A stretch of DNA of 26,909 bases from a virus (Duplodnaviria; Caudoviricetes). Below are positions 1 through 8,384 of this stretch, one piece after another. Within the stretch, counting starts at the first letter, position 1, and each line of letters opens with the position of its first letter. The notes under the pieces were generated by a model that had not been told where the DNA came from, did not search any database, and was given only the letters and a program-made list of their open reading frames with translations. The translations under genes and the position numbers were made by a program. The DNA is taken from IMG/VR virus record IMGVR_UViG_3300020042_008729, positions 1 to 26,909 of that record. The stretch is one strand, 5' to 3'.

Positions 1-103
1 AATGGAAGGATTCGCTTCAAAAGCAACTGCTAAAACTAAATCAGTTCTTAGCGAAGGAACCAACCAAGCCAACAGATTCAAAAAATTGGCAGGAATTATT
101 TAA
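1..103 (+). CDS. 3' end of probable prohead scaffolding/core protein (partial)
   Basis: Frame 2 reads ...MEGFASKATAKTKSVLSEGTNQANRFKKLAGII* with TAA at 101-103. It lies directly upstream of the major capsid gene, the gp22 position in T4-like phages. Not in the ORF track. Confidence 0.6.
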   Translation, partial: MEGFASKATAKTKSVLSEGTNQANRFKKLAGII

Positions 104-128
104 TTAAAAACTCTAAACTCTTAAAAAA

Positions 129-1760
129 ATGAATTTATTCGAAAACATGCAAGAGCCAAACAGAGGAGCTGAAAACCGCCAACTTATCGGTAAGTGGGGT
201 AAATCAGGTCTTTTGGAAGGCTTGAAGGGCGAGCACGAAAAAGCAACCGTGTCTGTCCTGTTAGAAAACCAAGCTAGACAGTTGATCAAAGAAGGATCAG
301 CTAACTCTGGTGGTGCTGGAACCACAGGTGGTTCTGGATTTGAACAATGGTCTGGCGTAGCTCTTCCGTTGATCCGTCGTATCTTTGCTGAGATTTCAGC
401 TAAAGAATTCGTTAGCGTTCAACCAATGAACTTACCATCAGGTCTTGTATTCTATTTGGATTTCAAGTATGGTAGCAACAAGCAGCCATTTGGATTTGCT
501 CCAGTTAGCAAAAACCAAACTGGTACGCTTCAAGGTATCACTTCACAATCAGGTGCTCCAACAGATGGTCTTTATGGTGCTGGTCGTTTTGGTTATTCTA
601 CCAACTACGAAGCAACGACTGTAGCAATCACAACTGGATCTACAACTGGTGCAATTGGTGCAGCTGACGTTTACTTTGATGGTAACTACACAGCGTCATT
701 ATCAAGCTACAAAAAAGTAACTTACGCTTTGCCATCTGATGCTGATCCATTGGCTGTACGTTCATTCATTCCAATGTCTGCTTCTACTGTATTTGCTGCA
801 GGTACACAATACCTTCCAGCATTTACTACATACACAAACGGTTCAGCATCGTTTATTGTACTTGCAAGTGCTTTAGTTGGTGCTTTTGGAGGTTCTGTTT
901 TAACAGCTCCAGTATCTTACTCACTTGCTCCAACTAACGATACTCGTGGTGACTTTGAAGTTGTAACTCCTCGTACTTCTAACGATACGCAGAGCTTAGA
1001 CACAAACCTTAACATACCAGAAATCGAATTGCAAATGCGTTCTATTCCTGTAACTGCTAAGACTCGTAAGTTAAAGGCAAGCTGGACTCCAGAATTTGCA
1101 CAAGACTTGAATGCTTACCATTCAGTAGATGCTGAAGCTGAATTAACTGCTATGTTGTCTGAGTACGTTTCTATGGAAATTGACTTGGAAATCTTAGATA
1201 TGTTGATCACTTCTGCTGCTACTACTGAGTATTGGTCTGCAAGAGTAGGTCAAGTATGGAACGGATCTGCCTTCGGTGCTGATACTTTCTCTGGTCAAGC
1301 TTACATCCAAGGTACTTGGTTCGCTACATTGGGAACTAAACTACAAAAAGTTTCTAACCAAATTCACGCTAAGACATTACGTGGTGGTGCAAACTTCTTA
1401 GTATGTTCTCCAGACGTATCAACTATTCTTGAGTCTATCCCAGGATATGCTGCAGATGGTGACGGAACCAAAGTTAAGTATGCAATGGGTGTACAAAAGG
1501 TAGGTGCTTTAACTAGCCGCTACACTGTGTATAAGAACCCTTACATGCAAGAGAACACTGTATTGATGGGATTCCGTGGATCACAATTCTTGGAGACAGG
1601 AGCTGTGTATGCACCATACATTCCGTTGATGCTTACTCCACTTGTTTACGATCCGAACAACTTCATTCCACGTCGTGGTGTGATGACTCGCTACGCTAAG
1701 CTTGTAACTCGTCCAGAGTTCTACGGTAAAGTGTACGTTGCTGATCTAGGACAATACTAA
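129..1760 (+). CDS. gp23: Major capsid protein, T4 gp23-like
   Basis: 543 aa with gp23 hallmarks: LLENQ, VQPMNLPSGLVFYL, VTAKTRKLKASWTPEFAQDLNAYHSVDAEAEL, YAPYIPL, RRGVMTRY. Codon usage looks like a highly expressed gene; followed by a strong terminator. Confidence 0.96.
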   Translation: MNLFENMQEPNRGAENRQLIGKWGKSGLLEGLKGEHEKATVSVLLENQARQLIKEGSANSGGAGTTGGSGFEQWSGVALPLIRRIFAEISAKEFVSVQPMNLPSGLVFYLDFKYGSNKQPFGFAPVSKNQTGTLQGITSQSGAPTDGLYGAGRFGYSTNYEATTVAITTGSTTGAIGAADVYFDGNYTASLSSYKKVTYALPSDADPLAVRSFIPMSASTVFAAGTQYLPAFTTYTNGSASFIVLASALVGAFGGSVLTAPVSYSLAPTNDTRGDFEVVTPRTSNDTQSLDTNLNIPEIELQMRSIPVTAKTRKLKASWTPEFAQDLNAYHSVDAEAELTAMLSEYVSMEIDLEILDMLITSAATTEYWSARVGQVWNGSAFGADTFSGQAYIQGTWFATLGTKLQKVSNQIHAKTLRGGANFLVCSPDVSTILESIPGYAADGDGTKVKYAMGVQKVGALTSRYTVYKNPYMQENTVLMGFRGSQFLETGAVYAPYIPLMLTPLVYDPNNFIPRRGVMTRYAKLVTRPEFYGKVYVADLGQY

Positions 1761-1778
1761 GAAATTAGTAGATAGTGT

Positions 1779-1811
1779 AAAAAGCCCCTCTTCGGAGGGG
1801 TTTTTTGTTTT
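1779..1811 (+). terminator. Rho-independent terminator after the major capsid gene
   Basis: CCCCTC-TTCG-GAGGGG hairpin (1785-1800, cUUCGg tetraloop) followed by TTTTTTGTTTT. Confidence 0.92.
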
Positions 1812-1818
1812 ACTAAGC

Positions 1819-1826
1819 TATTTATA
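1819..1826 (+). promoter_or_regulatory. TATTTATA motif, candidate late promoter
   Basis: Directly after the terminator and 14 nt before ATG 1841; the motif recurs before many genes in the window. Confidence 0.6.
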
Positions 1827-1840
1827 GGAAACAATATCAA

Positions 1841-2152
1841 ATGGCAGCAAGCAGAGTAGAATCAAATGTACATCCTTACGGATTAGGTGGAGGTTATATC
1901 TTAAGTGGTTCTGTATCAGCATCCTTTACAGATGCATTTCAGTACTACCCAGTAGTAACAACATCAGCTATTATTAAGTTAGAAACTCCACAGAACGGAG
2001 CTGGCGTAAGTGCCTTCACTGCAACTGGAAACATATCATCCTCAACATGGACAGTTGGGGTACCAATATACGGTCCAGTTACTCAAGTTACCCAAAGCAG
2101 CGGTATTGCTTTTGTGTACAGCGGTGTAGCGGCAAATCCACCACGACTCTAA
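1841..2152 (+). CDS. Small Ser/Thr/Gly-rich protein, possible capsid decoration protein
   Basis: 103 aa ORF directly after the capsid gene, with its own TATTTATA motif and beta-rich composition (LSGSVSASF). Function inferred from position only. Confidence 0.6.
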   Translation: MAASRVESNVHPYGLGGGYILSGSVSASFTDAFQYYPVVTTSAIIKLETPQNGAGVSAFTATGNISSSTWTVGVPIYGPVTQVTQSSGIAFVYSGVAANPPRL

Positions 2153-2164
2153 AAACAACCCAAC

Positions 2165-2836
2165 ATGGAAGAAGTTACTTCAGCGAAGAGAAAGCCAAAG
2201 GGCCAGATTAAGTTTCAGATCACTTTAAGTGACGAACAGAAACATGCAAAAGCACAAATCCTAGAAAACACTATCACAGTGTTAAAAGGATCAGCAGGAA
2301 GTGGAAAATCCATGGTAGCCGCACAAGTGGCATTAGACCTTCTATTCCGCCGTGATATTCAAAAGATTGTACTAACTAGGCCAGCAGTCACATCAGGTGA
2401 AGATATTGGATTTTTGCCCGGTGATAAGGATGCAAAACTAGCACCATACACCGCTGCAGTGTACGATAACATGTACCGCCTTTATAGAAAGGATATTATC
2501 GACAAACATATTGCAGATGGTAACATTGAGGTGATTCCATTAGCGTTTATGAGAGGTCGTAACTTATCAGATTGCTTTGTGGTAGTAGACGAAGCACAAA
2601 ACATTACTCACAGACAAATGGAGCTACTATTAGGTCGCTTGTGTCATGGAGCTAAAATGATACTATGTGGAGATACTGCACAGATCGACTTAAAAGACAA
2701 AAAGCAATCAGGTTTTGACTTTGTCGTAAAGCGATTAACGACTATTCCAGGATTTGGAGTGATTACCCTAAAAACAAACCACAGACACGAAATCGTTGAG
2801 CCTATCTTGAATGTTTATAATGAATATCGCGATTAA
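2165..2836 (+). CDS. phoH: PhoH-family ATPase
   Basis: Walker A GSAGSGKS, LTRPAV, GFLPGD, FMRGRNL, Walker B VVVDEAQN, GDTAQID and RHEIV are all PhoH family motifs. Confidence 0.95.
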   Translation: MEEVTSAKRKPKGQIKFQITLSDEQKHAKAQILENTITVLKGSAGSGKSMVAAQVALDLLFRRDIQKIVLTRPAVTSGEDIGFLPGDKDAKLAPYTAAVYDNMYRLYRKDIIDKHIADGNIEVIPLAFMRGRNLSDCFVVVDEAQNITHRQMELLLGRLCHGAKMILCGDTAQIDLKDKKQSGFDFVVKRLTTIPGFGVITLKTNHRHEIVEPILNVYNEYRD

Positions 2837-2841
2837 GGCGA

Positions 2842-2849
2842 TATTTATA
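2842..2849 (+). promoter_or_regulatory. TATTTATA motif, candidate late promoter
   Basis: 15 nt before ATG 2865. Confidence 0.6.
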
Positions 2850-2864
2850 AGAAAACCTCAATAA

Positions 2865-4061
2865 ATGGCAAACATACCTATTTGGCCTGGATCAAGTTCA
2901 TTTGTAACCGTATCAGCATCTTTTTACAAAGTGCCTTCGACAGGATCACGTCCTACTCCGTTTGGTTACTACGATAGTGATGCTACTTTTAAGGTAGATG
3001 CTGATAGAGTAGCTGACTTTTGTGCAAGAAAGTTAGGTTATCCTATCTTAGAAGTGGAGCTACAAGACTTAAATCTGTGGGCATGCTTCGAAGAGTCAGT
3101 CACAGAGTTTTCAACTCAAGTTAATATGTACAATGCAAAGGATTATATGCTTACTTTAATAGGCAATCCTACAAGTACAAACTTAACTGGACAAGTAATT
3201 ACGCCAAACTTAGGACGTACTATTGAGATGGCTAAGAACTACGGAACAGAAGTAGGGAGTGGTGGTACGGTTGATTGGAAAAAAGGATACATTACATTGA
3301 CGGGAAGTGTGCAAACCTACGACTTAGATGCATGGGCAGGAGTAAACGAGCCAGGCAAGCACATAGAGATAAAGAGAATTTACCATGACTTTGCACCAGC
3401 AATATCAAGATACTTTGACCCATATGTAGGAACTGGAGCTGGAACTCAACAAATGCTTGATAGCTTTGGTTGGGGATCGTACTCACCTGCAGTAAACTTT
3501 ATGGTGATGCCTTTATATGCGGATTTGCTGCGTATACAGGCAATTGAAATGAACGACCAGATCAGAAAGTCCTCTTACTCATTTGAACTACGTAACAACA
3601 AGCTAAACATATTTCCAATTCCAACAGTGAGTTTGAATATGTGGTTTGAGTACATTGTAGTTGAGGATAGAAACAGAGCGGCATTGAGTGGTCCTAATAG
3701 TGGAAGCGCTAATAGCCACATTACTGACTTAAGCAATGTACCGTATAATAGAAATACGTACACTTACATTAACGATATTGGAAAGCAGTGGATATACAAG
3801 TATGCACAAGCTTGCGCTAAAGAGACACTTGGCTTGATTCGAGGAAAGTATACATCAATTCCAATACCAGGGGCAGAGACAACCCTTAATGGAGCCGATT
3901 TGCTATCAGGTGGTAGAGAGGATAAAGCTAATTTACTTACCGAGCTCAAAGAGTTGTTACAGGGAATGACCAGACAAGCTCAGGTAGAGCAGGAGCAAGC
4001 AGTAGCAACTGCAATGAACTACCAATTAGGAAAAGTACCATTACCAATATACATTAAGTAA
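2865..4061 (+). CDS. Neck / head-tail adaptor protein, T4 gp13-like
   Basis: FCARKLGYPILEVEL near the N-terminus and WIYKYAQACAKETLGLIRGKY..IPIPG..TLNG near the C-terminus resemble gp13-type neck proteins; synteny with the gp14- and gp15-like genes. Confidence 0.8.
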   Translation: MANIPIWPGSSSFVTVSASFYKVPSTGSRPTPFGYYDSDATFKVDADRVADFCARKLGYPILEVELQDLNLWACFEESVTEFSTQVNMYNAKDYMLTLIGNPTSTNLTGQVITPNLGRTIEMAKNYGTEVGSGGTVDWKKGYITLTGSVQTYDLDAWAGVNEPGKHIEIKRIYHDFAPAISRYFDPYVGTGAGTQQMLDSFGWGSYSPAVNFMVMPLYADLLRIQAIEMNDQIRKSSYSFELRNNKLNIFPIPTVSLNMWFEYIVVEDRNRAALSGPNSGSANSHITDLSNVPYNRNTYTYINDIGKQWIYKYAQACAKETLGLIRGKYTSIPIPGAETTLNGADLLSGGREDKANLLTELKELLQGMTRQAQVEQEQAVATAMNYQLGKVPLPIYIK

Positions 4062-4062
4062 G

Positions 4063-4557
4063 ATGGCATTATTTGGAAGCAGTAGAGATATCAGCATGTT
4101 TAAAAAAATAAACAGTGAGTTAATTGACAATGTCATTCAACAAGAGGTTGATGTGTACGCTCTTTCCTTAACCAATACAGAATCGAACCTATACGGAGAA
4201 GCCTCCTCAGGAAAGACATACTACAGACCAGTTAGAATAACCTGCTTATTAGAAAGAGGCGATCAAGCTTACGTTGATGACGATCAATTTGGATTAGATG
4301 TAACTCAACAAATGACCTTTAAATTCCTAAAACCAAAATTAAGAGAATTAAACCTAGTGCCTAAGGCTGGGGATATTGTGGAAGTGAGAGGCATATACTA
4401 CGAATTGGATCAAATTATTGAAAACCAATTCGTGTTAGGAAAGGATAACGACTACGGAAAGAGCGTAGGGTCTGAGTTTGGTGAAAGTTTTAGCCTAATA
4501 TGCATAGGACACTATGCAAGAGTAACAAGATTACAAATAGAAAAAGCTAGACCATGA
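4063..4557 (+). CDS. Head completion / neck protein, T4 gp14-like
   Basis: NLYGEA, FGLDV and PKAGDIVEV...YYELDQI pattern of head-closure proteins; position after the gp13-like gene. Confidence 0.7.
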   Translation: MALFGSSRDISMFKKINSELIDNVIQQEVDVYALSLTNTESNLYGEASSGKTYYRPVRITCLLERGDQAYVDDDQFGLDVTQQMTFKFLKPKLRELNLVPKAGDIVEVRGIYYELDQIIENQFVLGKDNDYGKSVGSEFGESFSLICIGHYARVTRLQIEKARP

Positions 4558-5750
4558 GTAAACCAACTGCCATCACACAAAAGGAGATTCTATCTGGAGA
4601 CGGTACTCCGGCGTATAACAGGGCTAATGATATAAAAATAGCCAGTGATTCTTTAGATGAGCTTACCATAGGCCTACAAGACTTAGACTATGCTGTCAAG
4701 TATTACTTTGACGACGTAATTAAGCCTACAATAGACGACTTTGGCAGTAAGAGACCAGTGCCAGTAATATACGGATCACCAGAGCGATGGAAGAATATAC
4801 AAGCGGATGGCTACTTTCGTGATAAAGAAGGAAAGATTATGGCTCCAATTATTGCTTACAAAAGAACAGCTGTTACTAAGAACAGAGCATTAGGCAATAA
4901 AGTGGATGCAAATCACCCACAAGTATATTACACACAGCAGGTAAAGTACACTCAAAACAATAGATACGATCAATTTAGCAAGCTAACTAATAGAATACCA
5001 GTCAAGACTTTCGTGAATACTGTAATGGCTGATTATGTTGATATAACTTACGAGGTTGTAATATGGACAGACTTTGTTGAACAAATGAATAACATTGTTG
5101 AATCAATACTGTACTCAGAAGGAAGCTTTTGGGGAGAAAAGGAAAAGTTTAAATTTAGAGCAAAGATAGATAGTTTTACAAACACAACAGATGCACTACA
5201 AGATAGTGAGAGGATTGTTAGAACTAACTTCACAATAACGTTATTTGGGTACATAGTACCAGATGTAATTAACAAGCACCTAAGTGAGAAGCTAAGCGAC
5301 AAGACATTCAGCACAGCAGAAATGATTATTGAGACTGGAGTTGATAACACGTCTGAGATGTTTAGACTAGCAGCAGAGGGTGCAAAAGAAAATGGACTTA
5401 CCTTGGGACCAAACAGAACAGTCGTGCAGCAAACAATAGTAAATACAACAAGCGTAACTGGTGACGTACTCATTTATTTAGGAACAAACAAAGCATTGGA
5501 GGCAAATCCAACAGATACAACTACAGTAGTATTTACATCTGCAACCTTCCTAACAGCACCTTCAGGATTACCAACAACAAGCAAGACTTCATTTACGTAT
5601 TTTGTAAATGGACAATTAGTTGAACCAACAGCTATAATCTCGTTTACGGATAATAATAATGGAACTTGCACGTTAGTAATTGATGTGGCACAATTAGGCT
5701 TTACATTAGCCTTAACAGACGAAATCGTAGCAATAGGTAAATTTCAATAA
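4554..5750 (+). CDS. Tail terminator / sheath stabiliser, T4 gp15-like, with a C-terminal beta-rich extension
   Basis: VPVIYGSPERW, YVDITYEVVIWT..VEQMNNIVE and ERIVRTNFTITLFGYI resemble gp15. ATGA overlap with the upstream gene. Extra Thr-rich C-terminal region of about 110 aa. Confidence 0.72.
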   Translation: MSKPTAITQKEILSGDGTPAYNRANDIKIASDSLDELTIGLQDLDYAVKYYFDDVIKPTIDDFGSKRPVPVIYGSPERWKNIQADGYFRDKEGKIMAPIIAYKRTAVTKNRALGNKVDANHPQVYYTQQVKYTQNNRYDQFSKLTNRIPVKTFVNTVMADYVDITYEVVIWTDFVEQMNNIVESILYSEGSFWGEKEKFKFRAKIDSFTNTTDALQDSERIVRTNFTITLFGYIVPDVINKHLSEKLSDKTFSTAEMIIETGVDNTSEMFRLAAEGAKENGLTLGPNRTVVQQTIVNTTSVTGDVLIYLGTNKALEANPTDTTTVVFTSATFLTAPSGLPTTSKTSFTYFVNGQLVEPTAIISFTDNNNGTCTLVIDVAQLGFTLALTDEIVAIGKFQ

Positions 5751-5752
5751 GG

Positions 5753-6145
5753 ATGTCAGTAATTAGAGGCTCGCAAATAACAGGAACAGTACCATCAGCA
5801 AGCTTTGCTCTGACTGCCTCGTTTGCGCTAAACAGCAACACAAACCCAGGATACCTAATATCGACTGGAAGTGTTTCTGCAAGCGTTAACGTAACTGGAG
5901 ACATATTCGTTATTAAGTCTGGAAGCCACAGTCCATTCACAATATCCAGCACTGGAACAACGACAATCTCGGGAAGCGCAAGCAACTTATTTTTAATAAA
6001 GGGCAACCTAAACCAAACAATACTGACAGTTAGCCAAAGCGGCGTAGTAATATTTGCAACACAATCAGTAGAATTAGCAGGAACAGCACCTAATGGAGGA
6101 GTTTACTTCACATCAGGGAACTTTTTTGTAGGATTGGATATATAA
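5753..6145 (+). CDS. Small fibre-like structural protein
   Basis: 130 aa with an ASFALTASFAL repeat and many SGS/TGS tripeptides shared with the downstream fibre genes. Confidence 0.6.
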   Translation: MSVIRGSQITGTVPSASFALTASFALNSNTNPGYLISTGSVSASVNVTGDIFVIKSGSHSPFTISSTGTTTISGSASNLFLIKGNLNQTILTVSQSGVVIFATQSVELAGTAPNGGVYFTSGNFFVGLDI

Positions 6146-6161
6146 TACACTAACAACAACA

Positions 6162-6173
6162 TATTTATAAATA
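6162..6173 (+). promoter_or_regulatory. TATTTATA motif, here within the palindrome TATTTATAAATA
   Basis: Motif at 6162-6169, 23 nt before ATG 6193. Confidence 0.55.
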
Positions 6174-6192
6174 AATTAAAACGTAAACAATA

Positions 6193-7779
6193 ATGGCAAC
6201 TTGGAAGAAAGTCATAGTCTCCGGATCAGCAGCCGAATTAAGTCAGTTAAATGTCGGAGCCAATCAACAAATAACACCAACACAAGCAACAACCTTCTTA
6301 ACAGGATCGTTTACTGGCTCGTTTACTGGTAATGGTACAGGTTTAACTGGAGTAACAGCAACAGCTGTATTTCCTACATCACAAACTACCCCACTACTAT
6401 CTACAACTAAGATATTCACAAACGATGGTTCTGGCAATACTTTTGTTGTTGCAGGTCAAGTAACAGCATCAACTTACGCAGGAGTATCTGGTGACATTAC
6501 TATCAACACAGCGGGTGTAGCTTCGATTGCAGCAAACTCTGTAGCGTTAGGAACTGATACAACTGGAGACTACGTTACGAACGTTACATCAGGTAATGGT
6601 CTTACGGGTGGTGCAACTGGAGAAGGTTCAACACCAACTCTAGCAGTAGGAGCTGGTACGCACATCACTGTAAACGCAGATGACGTAGCAGTTAACACAA
6701 CCACATTAACCCCAGCAATCTCTGGTTCGATATTCACCCAAGTAAGTGGTGACATTAGCATCACAGCTGGCGGTGTTGCAGCAATAGCTGCTAACTCAGT
6801 AGCTTTAGGAACAGACACGACTGGAGACTACGTATCCACTATCACTGCAGGTGCTGGTGTATTTACTACCGGTGCATCTTCAGGAGAAACAATTGCTCAT
6901 ACAGTATCGATCAACTCAGGGTCGATGTTACCATTCTACTCTGGATCAATTTTCAGTACAGTATCTGGTGACATTACTATCACTTCAGCAGGTGCAGCAG
7001 CAATTGGAACGGGAGTAATTGTTAATGCAGATGTTAATGCAGCTGCAGCAATAGCAGCTTCTAAGATCAGCTTCACAGGTACATCGTTTGTTTCTGCATC
7101 AACTTTAGCAGCAGGCTCAGGTCAAGGTTCAACCACCTTAACTACTAACGGTGTCAGCTCAGGTGATATTACAGCAACTGGATTAGGAACGGCAGGAACA
7201 CCAACATTTGCAGGTTTGACTATCACCAATGGTAACATTGCGATAAACAACACAACATCAACCGCTCTCACAACTACAGGAACAACTGCAGCAGTATTTA
7301 ACACCACTGCAACCACAGTAAACGCTTTCGGAGCAGCAACCACCATAAACATAGGAGCAGCAACTGGTACAACCACTATCAATAATGACACTCGAATCAA
7401 AGGTGCGTTATATGTAGATGGTCCAGTAACAGCAATTAGTTCATCCAACCTTTACATAGCTGACCAGTTCATCATATTAGCATCTGGCTCAGCAACTGCA
7501 GGAGATGGTGGTATTATCATAGACAGAGGATCAGACGCAGCTGGAAATATCGGATACGGATTTGATGCAACAACAGACCGTTGGGGATTCCAAAGTGGTA
7601 TGGCAGATGGCACCAATACAATCGTTCCAACAACAGCAAACGGAGTAAGCGGTTCATTTGTAACATACTTATTCACTGAAGCTGATCATGGAGCTACTAA
7701 ACCAATCACAGGAGAGTTTGCAGTAGTAGGAGCTCAGTATATGGACAATGCAGGAAACTTCTGGGTATACACAGCATAA
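6193..7779 (+). CDS. Fibre-like virion protein with internal repeats
   Basis: 528 aa rich in Thr/Ala/Gly/Ser; N-terminus MATWKKVIVSGS; 31-aa internal repeat; C-terminal DQFIILASGSATAGDGGIIIDRG...GFDATTDRWGF segment typical of phage fibre proteins. Confidence 0.7.
   Translation: MATWKKVIVSGSAAELSQLNVGANQQITPTQATTFLTGSFTGSFTGNGTGLTGVTATAVFPTSQTTPLLSTTKIFTNDGSGNTFVVAGQVTASTYAGVSGDITINTAGVASIAANSVALGTDTTGDYVTNVTSGNGLTGGATGEGSTPTLAVGAGTHITVNADDVAVNTTTLTPAISGSIFTQVSGDISITAGGVAAIAANSVALGTDTTGDYVSTITAGAGVFTTGASSGETIAHTVSINSGSMLPFYSGSIFSTVSGDITITSAGAAAIGTGVIVNADVNAAAAIAASKISFTGTSFVSASTLAAGSGQGSTTLTTNGVSSGDITATGLGTAGTPTFAGLTITNGNIAINNTTSTALTTTGTTAAVFNTTATTVNAFGAATTINIGAATGTTTINNDTRIKGALYVDGPVTAISSSNLYIADQFIILASGSATAGDGGIIIDRGSDAAGNIGYGFDATTDRWGFQSGMADGTNTIVPTTANGVSGSFVTYLFTEADHGATKPITGEFAVVGAQYMDNAGNFWVYTA
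6484..6985 (+). repeat. Intragenic repeat: two 93-nt copies (6484-6576, 6742-6834) and a partial third copy from 6961
   Basis: VSGDITINTAGVASIAANSVALGTDTTGDYV / VSGDISITAGGVAAIAANSVALGTDTTGDYV / VSGDITITSAGAAAI. Confidence 0.85.
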
Positions 7780-7799
7780 TAGACAATTAACAAAGTTAT

Positions 7800-8015
7800 A
7801 TGAGTCTTATAAATAGAATTACAGGCAAACAGCCTATACAACAAACAACTCAAGTTTCTGATGATGCGACTAAACTCACACTTCAGGAACTTGAGTTCCT
7901 TTTAAACACACTAAAATCCACGTCAATCGTTGGAGATCAGGTGGAAATGTTTTATATTATGGTAATAAAGCTGCAGGAACAATACATGCAACAGCAGCAA
8001 GAAACCATTAAGTAA
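7800..8015 (+). CDS. Small helical protein, paralog of 8031..8276
   Basis: 71 aa; gapless alignment with the next ORF over 34 aa. Confidence 0.7.
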   Translation: MSLINRITGKQPIQQTTQVSDDATKLTLQELEFLLNTLKSTSIVGDQVEMFYIMVIKLQEQYMQQQQETIK

Positions 8016-8030
8016 TAAAACAAAACAGTT

Positions 8031-8276
8031 ATGGAATTATACTCAGTTGATCTAACAACAGCAGAGATACAACTAATGCGTCAAGCTTTAGACGTAATCA
8101 CTATTACCGGCAAAGACGCAAGATTTGTTGCAAATACTCAATTAAAGTTGGAGCACGAACTAAAGCAGATTGTAGAAATGCAACAGCAATTTGAGCTGCA
8201 AAAGCAAGCAGAGCTCCAACAAGCCATTCTGATAGAAGAAAAAAAAGCAAAAAAGCGAGAAGCTTCTAACGCATAA
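8031..8276 (+). CDS. Small helical / coiled-coil protein, paralog of 7800..8015
   Basis: 81 aa with a Gln/Glu/Lys-rich coiled-coil tail and basic C-terminus KKAKKR. Confidence 0.7.
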   Translation: MELYSVDLTTAEIQLMRQALDVITITGKDARFVANTQLKLEHELKQIVEMQQQFELQKQAELQQAILIEEKKAKKREASNA

Positions 8277-8289
8277 GCTAACCTAAGCA

Positions 8290-8297
8290 TATTTATT
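8290..8297 (+). promoter_or_regulatory. TATTTATT variant of the candidate late promoter
   Basis: One mismatch to TATTTATA; 10 nt upstream of the structured RNA element. Confidence 0.5.
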
Positions 8298-8307
8298 AAA
8301 AAGAATC

Positions 8308-8369
8308 TATTGTTGGCCGCAAGGAAGTAGGCGTATACACGGCATGAGTGTATGTATCTAACCACAATA
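8308..8369 (+). ncRNA. Candidate cis-regulatory structured RNA (three-way junction with possible pseudoknot to the start codon)
   Basis: Hand-folded. P1: 8308-8316 with 8362-8369, one bulge. P2: CC-GCAA-GG at 8317-8324. P3: 8328-8340 with 8348-8360, G.U pairs and one mismatch. Loop GGCAUG (8341-8346) is complementary to UAUGCC (8384-8389). Confidence 0.65.
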
Positions 8370-8384
8370 TAAAAGAAGTGTTGT

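Noticed and set aside
8308-8369. Hammerhead ribozyme, tRNA or terminator
   Set aside because: No CUGANGA/GAAA core, no cloverleaf or T-loop, no U-tract after the stem.
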